A stretch of 64,000 bases of DNA, from positions 162-64,161 of the forward strand of contig JBHLRS010000017.1 in the NCBI GenBank assembly GCA_048882325.1. Reading direction: 5' to 3'. This DNA is from Candidatus Thorarchaeota archaeon (GTDB lineage Archaea > Asgardarchaeota > Thorarchaeia > Thorarchaeales > Thorarchaeaceae). Positions within the stretch are counted from its first letter, which is position 1. Each line of letters opens with the position of its first letter. Shown here piece by piece: positions 9,337 to 17,858 of this stretch. Position numbers and translations under genes: made by a program. The notes under the pieces were generated by a model, which did no database searches, had not been told where the DNA came from, and was given only the letters and a program-made list of their open reading frames with translations.

Positions 9337-10776
9337 GTGTTTATTTTGAAAGACGGGATGGATCTCGCTGAGTATTGTGTGAAATACGGACAAGACCTCG
9401 GCGCCAGCTATGTTGAAGCCAGATATGTTAAGGACACGACCAGAGGTCTTGCGTATAGAAATGGTCAACCTGTTTCAGGAGGATTCTCACCTTCTACTGG
9501 CATTGGTGTTAGAGTTCTTGTGGATGGCAATATGGGTTTTGCATCCTTTGACAGACTCGAGAAACATCTTGCGGAAGAGTCTATTTCTGTAGCCTATAGG
9601 ATGGCGAAGAATGCCAAGAGGAAGATACCAATCGACTTAGGAAGTCCAGTCACCAACAAGACAAAGTGGCAAATGGATACCAAAGAACCACTTAGGGAAG
9701 TCAATATGGAAACAATGATGGAACTCTCCGACGAAGTCAATAAACAGATGGAGGGATTGACTGCTTATATGTTCATAATAAATCCCAAAGTCATGGACAA
9801 GTATCTAGTTACGAGTGAGGGAACACAAATTGAGAGTCAACTTTCGTACCTCTTGATGTATTCAAATCTCACTGCAAAAGGAACTGGTGATTCTGAACAA
9901 CGCTATCTGGACCTTTCTCTAGCAGGGGGTTGGGAACGAATTCGTGAAACCAATCTTATCGACAGAGTGAGAGATGAGGTTGATAGACTGAAAAAGACTG
10001 CAGTGCAAGCGGTTAAGGTTGAGGAACTTCTCAGCCAACCTGTAGATATGGTTGTAGGTCCAGAGGTCGCTGGTATAATCGCACATGAGAACGTAGGGCA
10101 TCCTAGCGAGGGTGATAGAATTATGGGAAGAGAGGGGGCTCAAGCTGGAGAGAGCTTTTGGAGGGACCTCAAGATCGGCGAGTCTCGAGTTGGCTCAGAT
10201 GCAGCAACAGTTGGTGAAGATCCTACAGTCCTAAACACATCTGGTTACTACCTCTTCGATGATGAGGGAGTCAAAGCCAGAAAACGGATATTGATCAAGA
10301 ATGGGATTTTGAATGAACCACTCCTCAATAGAGAGTTTGGCACCAGATTTGGTACTGAATCCAATGCAGCAGCACGTTCTGTAGCTTATAATAGAGAGCC
10401 CCTCATTCGAATGGCTAACACATATTTTGAACCAGGCGATTTCACCTTCGACGAGCTGATTGAGGATGTCAAGCTTGGTGTGTATATGAGGAGCTTCAAA
10501 GAGTGGAATATCGATGATAGAAGATATCAATCGAAGTACAGTGGCTCAGAGGCTTACTTGATCAAAAATGGCGAGATAACAGAAACTATGGTAAAAAGAC
10601 CAGTTATGGAGACCACAAGTATTGGTCTTCTCACAGCATTGGACGCTGTTACTAAGAATCTAGGATTCGACTTTCCCGGAACTTGTGGAAAGAGTGATCC
10701 TTCGCAAGGATGTCCAGTCTATGCAGGAGGAGGAGAACTCAGATTCAGAGAGATAAGATTGGGAGGTGTTGGGTGA
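9337..10776 (+). CDS. tldD: TldD-type metalloprotease
   Basis: 479 aa with the TldD-specific HExxxH motif (HENVGHPSEGD) and a conserved N-terminal GVRV...GFAS block. Confidence 0.85.
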   Translation: MFILKDGMDLAEYCVKYGQDLGASYVEARYVKDTTRGLAYRNGQPVSGGFSPSTGIGVRVLVDGNMGFASFDRLEKHLAEESISVAYRMAKNAKRKIPIDLGSPVTNKTKWQMDTKEPLREVNMETMMELSDEVNKQMEGLTAYMFIINPKVMDKYLVTSEGTQIESQLSYLLMYSNLTAKGTGDSEQRYLDLSLAGGWERIRETNLIDRVRDEVDRLKKTAVQAVKVEELLSQPVDMVVGPEVAGIIAHENVGHPSEGDRIMGREGAQAGESFWRDLKIGESRVGSDAATVGEDPTVLNTSGYYLFDDEGVKARKRILIKNGILNEPLLNREFGTRFGTESNAAARSVAYNREPLIRMANTYFEPGDFTFDELIEDVKLGVYMRSFKEWNIDDRRYQSKYSGSEAYLIKNGEITETMVKRPVMETTSIGLLTALDAVTKNLGFDFPGTCGKSDPSQGCPVYAGGGELRFREIRLGGVG

Positions 10777-12140
10777 TGACTGATATCAAAGCGCTGGTTG
10801 ATTACGCTGTTGATTATGGAAAGAAGAAGACTGATGTCATTCTTGCCCGACTTAATATGTCAACGGGCTCTCAAATCAGATTCTCTCAGAATGCTATCGA
10901 TATAAGCAAGAGATGGGAGCAACTCCAACTGCAGCTCTTTGCTGTTGTCAAAGGTGCTAAGACAGGTTCAACTGAGCGTCCGGTATCGACAAAAGAAGAT
11001 GTGAAAGAGGCGGTCGACGATGTTGCGGAGTTTAGCGGGATTCTGCCTGATTCACAGTTCTATGCGGGTGTGGAAGACTCTGTTAAGTCATATCCGGATT
11101 TGAAGAATCAGGTAGATAGTAAATTTGACAAGTTTGTGGAGGAAGCTCCAAGTATCATTAACAGTGTAGTTGATGGTGCTGTCAACGAAGGAGCAAAGCG
11201 TGTTGCAGGTGCACTTAGGTTCGACAAGGTTGAATACTTTTTCAGGTCAAGCAATGGACCAGAAGGTTCAGGCAAAAAGACAGTATTCGATTTGAACGTC
11301 AGAGCGCTTCAAGATGAACTTGATTACTCAGGACAAGGACTTGCGTGTGGCGTCATTCCTTCCTCATCAGAAAAAATCATGGTGGCAGCTGGAGAAAAAG
11401 CGGGTCGTCTTTCTAAACAAGCAATAGGTGCAATTCAAGGTGAACCAGGGACCTATGACCTTGTCCTGACTCCAACAGTTGCTGCGGATGTAATTGGTCA
11501 AATACCTGCTCTTGCCAATCCGTTCGCGGTCCTGATTGGAGCATCCCCATTGGGAGATAAGATGGGAGAACAACTCGCTCCAGAATTTGTCACAGCAACA
11601 GATGATCCCTTGTTTGATGGTGGTCTTGCTAGTAGGAGATTTGACTGGGAAGGAACACCGTGTGGAACTTTGAATATCGTGGATAAGGGAGTTCTAAAGG
11701 CATTCATGCATAACACCACGACAGCAAGAATGTTTGAAACAGATACTACGGGTAGCTCAAGTCTCATTGGTCGGGGAATGAAGTTACTCATGCCTTCACC
11801 TTCCAACATCGTGTTTGAAAACGGGGACCACTCTGTCGAAGAACTACTGGATGTAACTAGACCGACTATCTATGTGACATGCAACTGGTATTCTCGTTTC
11901 CAGAATCAGCAGACTGGTGAATTTTCAACAATCCCAAGAGATGCAATGTTCCTGATGGAAGAAGGTGAGATGAAACCAATCAAAAACATGAGAATCAGTG
12001 ACAACACGATGCGTATGTTTGCCAACATTGATGCACTGGGAAATGATAGGACTCAGATATTCTGGTGGGAAGTAAGAACACCCACAGTTATCCCAACAAT
12101 GAGAATTCGCGACTGTAGAATGACTGCTGCAACACAATAG
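10776..12140 (+). CDS. pmbA: PmbA/TldE-type protein (TldD partner)
   Basis: Start refined to the ATG at 10776, overlapping the tldD stop (GTGATGA), with GGGAGG upstream. TldD/PmbA fold without HExxxH. Forms the canonical adjacent pair. Confidence 0.75.
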   Translation: MTDIKALVDYAVDYGKKKTDVILARLNMSTGSQIRFSQNAIDISKRWEQLQLQLFAVVKGAKTGSTERPVSTKEDVKEAVDDVAEFSGILPDSQFYAGVEDSVKSYPDLKNQVDSKFDKFVEEAPSIINSVVDGAVNEGAKRVAGALRFDKVEYFFRSSNGPEGSGKKTVFDLNVRALQDELDYSGQGLACGVIPSSSEKIMVAAGEKAGRLSKQAIGAIQGEPGTYDLVLTPTVAADVIGQIPALANPFAVLIGASPLGDKMGEQLAPEFVTATDDPLFDGGLASRRFDWEGTPCGTLNIVDKGVLKAFMHNTTTARMFETDTTGSSSLIGRGMKLLMPSPSNIVFENGDHSVEELLDVTRPTIYVTCNWYSRFQNQQTGEFSTIPRDAMFLMEEGEMKPIKNMRISDNTMRMFANIDALGNDRTQIFWWEVRTPTVIPTMRIRDCRMTAATQ

Positions 12141-12146
12141 TCAAAA

Positions 12147-12743
12147 TCAAACTCTGCGATGCAATCTCCTTGACTCAGCAGCTGCATAGTGGAATAGCTC
12201 ACTCACATTCATTCCTGTTTTGGCAGAGGTTTCAAAATACTTGAGAGTGAGCAGATCAGCTAAGAGTTGACCATCCTGAGAGGAAACCTTAGCTAGATCC
12301 GTCATATCAGACTTATTGGCAACTAGTGAACCACCAAGGAATTCTTCACGTTGGATACAAATCTTCTCAGTGAGAGCCTCGTGTAAATCTGTAATGCGTT
12401 TGAAGGTTGAACGGTCAGTGACATCATAGACCATTATGAGGTGATGTGCCCCTTGGTAGAATTGGTTTCGCAGTCCAGCAAAGGTTTCTTGACCGCCAAT
12501 ATCTGCAACGGTCAATATAACTCGACCTTCAGGAAACTCGAATGTTACAGCACTCAAATCTGCACCAATTGTTGCAGTATGGGTTTCTCTGAACTCATCA
12601 CTTTGATATCGTCTGACCAAACTTGACTTCCCCACATTAGGGGATCCTACGATAATCGCCTTGTATAGTTCAACAGCCACACTGCGCACCGGTCCCAGGA
12701 TGAACATTCTTGACTGAGGGTAGCATCTTATCAGGCTTGTCAC
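12147..12743 (-). CDS. Ras/Rab-like small GTPase
   Basis: G1 motif GSPNVGKSS, G3 motif DIGGQE, G4 motif ANKSD and G5 motif ETSAKTG. About 190 aa. The start is uncertain: GTG at 12743 or ATG at 12707. Confidence 0.8.
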   Translation of the reverse strand: MTSLIRCYPQSRMFILGPVRSVAVELYKAIIVGSPNVGKSSLVRRYQSDEFRETHTATIGADLSAVTFEFPEGRVILTVADIGGQETFAGLRNQFYQGAHHLIMVYDVTDRSTFKRITDLHEALTEKICIQREEFLGGSLVANKSDMTDLAKVSSQDGQLLADLLTLKYFETSAKTGMNVSELFHYAAAESRRLHRRV

Positions 12744-12791
12744 GACAGATATATCGAAGAGTTTTAGAAGGACATAGGATGAAAGTGAAGT

Positions 12792-13259
12792 ATGGTCGAC
12801 CTCAACATTATCAGATCGCGTACAACAAATGTCCGTGATTACATAGAAGGCCTCAAGGACAAAGACAGACAGAAGTTCCTAGAAGTTTACAACACTTACA
12901 AGCTGAAAACAGATGTGGTCGACAAGCTGCGTGAAGTCCTCAAAAATCTCACTGTTGTAGTCTTTTCAGCTGCGTGGTGTGGTGACTGCAAACGAGCAAT
13001 GCCAGTTATGCAACAGCTTGAAGAGAAGCTCGGGTTGGAGGTTCTTGTATTTAGTAAAATAAAGACTGCTCCACTAGACCCAAATCGCCAATGGGCGGTT
13101 CCACCATCACCACCCGAAGTGGATGAATGGGGAGTGACTGCTATCCCTTGGTTCAATTTCTATACTGCAGACGGAGAATTGGTTGGAACTTTAATTGAAA
13201 AACCCACTGTGAAAGAAACCCTGGAGGAAGAAATCCTTCACGTGCTCACAAATAAATAG
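12792..13259 (+). CDS. thioredoxin-fold protein (WCGDC active site)
   Basis: WCGDCKR CxxC motif within a thioredoxin-like region. 155 aa. Divergent from the GTPase gene. Confidence 0.7.
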   Translation: MVDLNIIRSRTTNVRDYIEGLKDKDRQKFLEVYNTYKLKTDVVDKLREVLKNLTVVVFSAAWCGDCKRAMPVMQQLEEKLGLEVLVFSKIKTAPLDPNRQWAVPPSPPEVDEWGVTAIPWFNFYTADGELVGTLIEKPTVKETLEEEILHVLTNK

Positions 13260-13301
13260 TGAATGTGACGCAAGCAGATTGTGTCTTAGGAGGAAACTAG
13301 T

Positions 13302-14543
13302 ATGGAAATTCCGATGCTAACTAATTTCATTGATGGCCTGAAACTATTCTTCTCATCCAGACGATTGAGATGGCTAACACTGGTCTTCATAATTGGAGCA
13401 TTTCTGATTACTCTTTATGAGAGAATAACTGTTGCTTTGCCCACCCTAGCTGCTTTCACATTGTTCGCAGGAGGAGTCTTTCCGACATTCTTCATGATTA
13501 CTGCATTCTTAGCTCTGATGGGATTGACAAGATACGTGGTGGATGAAGAGTCGTATGTTCGCTCTCTCATCCTAACAATAATCCTGATGGTCATCAGCCT
13601 ATTCGTCTTGGCATTCATGCTAATATTCCGAATTTTCTTTAATGTTCTATTCATCGGTATCGGTTTTCTCGGATGGATAGGATTTCAGTCCTACTTTGCA
13701 GCAAGAAATTCTCTAGGGTATGCTGAAAGTGTTGCAATAGAAAAGAGGTCCAAAATAGCGAATCTGCTTTATGGGATAATCTATTTCCTGAACTATATTG
13801 TCGTGATTGGAGCTTTCATAGTATCACTTGTCTTGTTCTCTCCTGCACTACTATGGATAGGTGTGGCTATTCTTGGAACGTTACTTGCTGCTGGATTCAA
13901 CTTCCTCAATGGTTGGATTTTGGTGGCTGAACGGGACAAGTCAACAGCCAGTAACATTGCTTTCCTAGGTTTCTTTGTTTCATTCTATTCTGCATATTTC
14001 ATATACAATGTCCTGAAAGGGTTTGATGGATCACTTGACCTTGTGAGCATAACGATATCCATATTCTTCATTCTCTACACCATGAGTGGCATAGGGAGTT
14101 CTCTATCAAGCCGGTCTGAATTGGATACTCGATGGAAATTGAGCAAAGAGTTCGCAGCCACATCTACGTTCTTCCTAGCTTCAGGCTACATGTTTGTTGA
14201 CGCAATGTTTAGCGTAATTCTCGGAGGTTTCGGAGATCCTGCATTGGCTGGAGCCACAGGTGACGCGGTTAAACTATTCGTTTTCCCATTTGTCGCTTTG
14301 ATCATCGAGCTTAATTTTATTCGTAAATCACGAAAAGCTCCAAAACCAACGGAAGTTCCGGAAGAGATTCTGGATGTTTCTGAAGAAGAATCCCCATCAG
14401 AGGAAGCACAACCACGCACTCTAGATGAACCTGTTGAGGAAGAGGACGTTCTTCTTGTTACAGAGGAGGAATCTAATGAAGAGCCGATGGATGAACATGA
14501 AGAATTTGAACCAGTTGAAGATCAAATCATCGAGGATGAGTGA
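13302..14543 (+). CDS. polytopic membrane protein with highly acidic C-terminal tail
   Basis: GGAGG RBS upstream. About 10 transmembrane helices. The C-terminal 70 aa are Glu/Asp-rich (EEESPSEEAQ...EDQIIEDE). No recognised family. Confidence 0.5.
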   Translation: MEIPMLTNFIDGLKLFFSSRRLRWLTLVFIIGAFLITLYERITVALPTLAAFTLFAGGVFPTFFMITAFLALMGLTRYVVDEESYVRSLILTIILMVISLFVLAFMLIFRIFFNVLFIGIGFLGWIGFQSYFAARNSLGYAESVAIEKRSKIANLLYGIIYFLNYIVVIGAFIVSLVLFSPALLWIGVAILGTLLAAGFNFLNGWILVAERDKSTASNIAFLGFFVSFYSAYFIYNVLKGFDGSLDLVSITISIFFILYTMSGIGSSLSSRSELDTRWKLSKEFAATSTFFLASGYMFVDAMFSVILGGFGDPALAGATGDAVKLFVFPFVALIIELNFIRKSRKAPKPTEVPEEILDVSEEESPSEEAQPRTLDEPVEEEDVLLVTEEESNEEPMDEHEEFEPVEDQIIEDE

Positions 14544-14664
14544 GCATCTTAACGCTGTTCACATCTCTCTTTCCACTCAATCCGAAGCCTTTTATCTACT
14601 ACAGATAAGACCATCGCGCGGAAAATATATCCGCACAAGATAGGAAAAAACCGGTGACACTGAT

Positions 14665-14823
14665 ATGGCAAAATTCGAGTGCATGGTATGCGGTTGGGTC
14701 TATGATGAAGACATTGGCGATCCTGACAGCGGTATTGCTGCTGGCACAAAGTTCGCTGATCTCCCTGATGATTGGGTTTGTCCCATGTGTGGGGCTGCTA
14801 AGGAAGACTTCGAAGAAATCTAG
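14665..14823 (+). CDS. rub: rubredoxin
   Basis: 52 aa, [20 protein letters not shown]...[18 protein letters not shown]. Classic CxxCG...CPxCG iron ligands. Not in the ORF track because it is under 60 aa. Confidence 0.85.
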   Translation: MAKFECMVCGWVYDEDIGDPDSGIAAGTKFADLPDDWVCPMCGAAKEDFEEI

Positions 14824-14837
14824 AGATCCGGCTGATC

Positions 14838-14859
14838 GGGGGCAATAGCCCCCATTGCC
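14838..14859 (+). terminator. GC-rich hairpin immediately after rubredoxin stop
   Basis: GGGGGC-AATA-GCCCCC perfect hairpin, with an alternative pairing GGCAAT/ATTGCC. No strong T-tract follows. Confidence 0.3.
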
Positions 14860-15071
14860 GCTCACTACCTATGTTCGGCCTTTGCCAGAGCAATTGTCTT
14901 CTTCTCATAACATCTCATAGAAGAGATTTGAAGTTACAACTTGAAACGATGTGCTCCTCAGCTCACATGTTTCGCGCAAAGGTGTTCACTTATATACATT
15001 CGTGACTTTTTTGTACCACTTCTTCCTTTGTTGAGAGAAATTCGCAAGGTGAAGGAGGAGGTATGTAATAC

Positions 15072-16730
15072 TTGGAAAGAAATCAAATCATAGCTTTAGT
15101 TGTCATAATAGTGATTGTTGGCAGCGTGGCTGGGTACATATACTTCTTTGGACCCACACCAGAAGCAGTCATTATAATGGGAACTACTGACTCGGTTGAA
15201 ACCAACCTCGATCCCGCCCGAGCCTATGACTATTTTGGATGGGAACTAATAATATCTCTTAGTTCACCATTAGTAGAAATAGAACCTGGATCGCAAGCAG
15301 GAGCTGACGACATTCAACCGGCGTTAGCGGAGAGTTGGACAATGGCGTCAGATGGCTTGTCCTGGGACTTCACCCTTAGGCAGAATGTCCTGTTTGAGGA
15401 TGGGAGAGAGTTCAACGCCTCTGATGTCAAGTATACCTTCGATAGAAACTGTAACCTTACAGGTGATGGACTATTGGAGGAAGATGGTGCTCAATTGGCA
15501 CTAGAGTATAATCTAATAATAAAGAATGTGACTGTTTTGAGTGAGTTCGCGGTCAGATTCAACTTGTATCAACCATTTGCTCCATTCCTGCAGCTAATGT
15601 CATGTGCTGCATCATACATTGTCGATAGAGTACATGCACCAAAGAATGAAACAGTTTGGTTTGAGAGTGGCGATGCTCGTGCCAGTCATCCAAATGGCCT
15701 CGGGCCATTCATTCTGGAGAGCTGGACTAGAAGTGGAGGCGCAGATGTAGAGTTTCGACTCGTGAAGAACCCCAACTACTGGAACGCGGCCGCTGGCTAT
15801 CCAAAATCAGACGAAATAGTCATCAAGAAATATGCAGATGCAACTGCATTGGCGACAGCAATGGAGGCTGGTGATGTTGATATTGCCTATCGACAACTAA
15901 CAGCCCAACAGATTCACAGTTTCATGGACAACCCAGACGTTCGCGTCTGGAAAGGAGTCGGAGCGCAGATACAATACATGTGCTTTAACCAAGCGTTCTA
16001 TCCATTCAATGAAACAGCAATCAGGCAAGGAATAGCTGCTGCCCTCAATAGGACTAATGTTGTTAATACAGTCTTTCTCGGTGACTTCTCACCGCTATAC
16101 TCGATTGTTCCTGAGGGAATGGCATTTCACTTACCAACCTTCGAGGTCTACGGGGAAGCCAACTACTCTTTCACACAGTCGCAGCTAGCCCTCTTCGGGT
16201 ACAACGAAACGAACAAGCTGGTCATAGAGTTCTATTATGAGAACGAAGGCCACTATCCGCAGAGTGGGCAGCAAGCAGCTGTGTACAAAACTGATCTTGA
16301 AGCGAGTGGAGTCATTACGGTGAACCTCCACGGTCTGGCGTGGGCTCAGTATAGGGAACAGAGAGACGCTGAAACAATGCCCATGTATATGTATGGTTGG
16401 TATCCTGACTACATAGATCCGGACAACTATGCATTCCTGCCGTTCGCAACATGGCTTCATATGAATTATGACAAAGACTCTCCAGCAGGTGGTACCGCAC
16501 AGTACAACCTATGGGTTGATGGTCGGACAGCATCCACTCCCGCAGAACGACAAACTGCATACTATGACTTGCAAGAGCTGCAAGCAGTAGAGTGCTCAGT
16601 CATACCACTTTGGCAGAGTGACACAACAGCTGTTACAAAGCCAACAATACACGGAGTGCAGCTTGACATCACTGTCAACTGGCGTCATTGGCTCATATAC
16701 GTCGGTGCGGCAGCAACCACTGGTCCGTAA
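15072..16730 (+). CDS. ABC transporter substrate-binding protein, family 5 (OppA/DppA-like), N-terminal TM anchor
   Basis: TTG start with GGAGGAGG upstream. N-terminal hydrophobic helix (IIALVVIIVIVGSVAGYIYFF), then an SBP-5-like domain. Followed by permease and ATPase genes. Confidence 0.8.
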   Translation: MERNQIIALVVIIVIVGSVAGYIYFFGPTPEAVIIMGTTDSVETNLDPARAYDYFGWELIISLSSPLVEIEPGSQAGADDIQPALAESWTMASDGLSWDFTLRQNVLFEDGREFNASDVKYTFDRNCNLTGDGLLEEDGAQLALEYNLIIKNVTVLSEFAVRFNLYQPFAPFLQLMSCAASYIVDRVHAPKNETVWFESGDARASHPNGLGPFILESWTRSGGADVEFRLVKNPNYWNAAAGYPKSDEIVIKKYADATALATAMEAGDVDIAYRQLTAQQIHSFMDNPDVRVWKGVGAQIQYMCFNQAFYPFNETAIRQGIAAALNRTNVVNTVFLGDFSPLYSIVPEGMAFHLPTFEVYGEANYSFTQSQLALFGYNETNKLVIEFYYENEGHYPQSGQQAAVYKTDLEASGVITVNLHGLAWAQYREQRDAETMPMYMYGWYPDYIDPDNYAFLPFATWLHMNYDKDSPAGGTAQYNLWVDGRTASTPAERQTAYYDLQELQAVECSVIPLWQSDTTAVTKPTIHGVQLDITVNWRHWLIYVGAAATTGP

Positions 16731-16744
16731 CATCTAAATGGTGC

Positions 16745-16815
16745 GTGCTACCAGTCCTGATGAAACTTCAGCAAATGGGTTTCAACAAAGGATGGTAGCA
16801 CCTATGTTTTCTTTC
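16745..16815 (+). terminator. long-stem inverted repeat plus T-rich tract after SBP gene (terminator/attenuator candidate)
   Basis: Perfect 9-bp inverted repeat GTGCTACCA...TGGTAGCAC (16745-16753 and 16793-16801), followed by CTATGTTTTCTTTC. Confidence 0.4.
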
Positions 16816-16836
16816 AATAATTATGGGTGATTTGCA

Positions 16837-17847
16837 ATGACTTTGAGGTCCTACGTAGTAAGCCGTATTCTACTGACTATTCCAATGATCATGTTTCTTC
16901 TTACATTTGTGTTTATTATAATCAGAATCCTCCCGGGAGACCCTGCTCTTCTACATTTTGAAAGGCAGGTCACTCCGGAACAGCTTTGGGCCTTTAAGGA
17001 GGAACTGGGTCTGAACAAACCTCTTATTGTCCAATACTTTGACTACCTGGCTGGACTATTTCGTGGAGACCTTGGTCTTTCGATGCAAGATTTCTCGCCT
17101 ATCAGCGAACATCTTGTTGAACGCTTTCCTGTAACCCTTGAGTTGAGCATATATTCTATACTCTTTGCCATTCTGATCGGAGTAGCTCTCGGGGTGAAGG
17201 CATCTAAGAACTATGACTCAGCCAGTGACCATTCAATCAGGCTCTTCGGGATTATTACCTACGCAGTTCCTGTATTCTTTTTGGGAATGGTTCTTCAATT
17301 CATCTTTGGAATCTGGCTGAATGTTTTACCCACAGGAGGTTCATGGGACTCGCATTACACAAGACCTCCGAGAATCACTGGAATGATCACATTCGACAGT
17401 CTGCTCACTGGAAACATCTTTGGATTTGTAATGGGATTGAGATACCTCCTTCTGCCTTCAATCACTTTGGGCACAGTTCTATGCGGCATTTTCATCAGAT
17501 TGACCCGCACTAATATGATGGAAACGCTCAGAACCGACTTTGTCGTTGCTGCTCGGGCAAGAGGGCTCTCAGAAAATACAGTGACATATAGATACGCTTT
17601 GAAGAACGCATTCCTCCCAATCTTGACAATGATTGGGCTACAGGTTGCTGCACTCCTTGCAGGAGCTATTCTAACTGAAACTACATTCAGCATCGAGGGG
17701 ATGGGTAGTTATCTCGTGGCAAGGATTAGTCGGCGTGATTATACTGCCATTCAAGGGGCTGTTGTTTTATTTGGCCTTTTGGTGAGTCTTGTGAGTCTAG
17801 TGGTTGACTTGATCTATGCGTACCTTGATCCGAGAATAAGACTATAG
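16837..17847 (+). CDS. oligopeptide/dipeptide ABC transporter permease (OppB/DppB-like)
   Basis: 336 aa, 6 transmembrane helices, conserved permease motif region (ARARGLSENTVTYRYALKNA). Confidence 0.85.
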   Translation: MTLRSYVVSRILLTIPMIMFLLTFVFIIIRILPGDPALLHFERQVTPEQLWAFKEELGLNKPLIVQYFDYLAGLFRGDLGLSMQDFSPISEHLVERFPVTLELSIYSILFAILIGVALGVKASKNYDSASDHSIRLFGIITYAVPVFFLGMVLQFIFGIWLNVLPTGGSWDSHYTRPPRITGMITFDSLLTGNIFGFVMGLRYLLLPSITLGTVLCGIFIRLTRTNMMETLRTDFVVAARARGLSENTVTYRYALKNAFLPILTMIGLQVAALLAGAILTETTFSIEGMGSYLVARISRRDYTAIQGAVVLFGLLVSLVSLVVDLIYAYLDPRIRL

Positions 17848-17858
17848 GGGGTCAGAAG

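Noticed and set aside
14654-14848. 64-aa hydrophobic ORF in the ORF track
   Set aside because: It is an alternative frame across the rubredoxin gene. The rubredoxin frame has perfect metal-ligand motifs.
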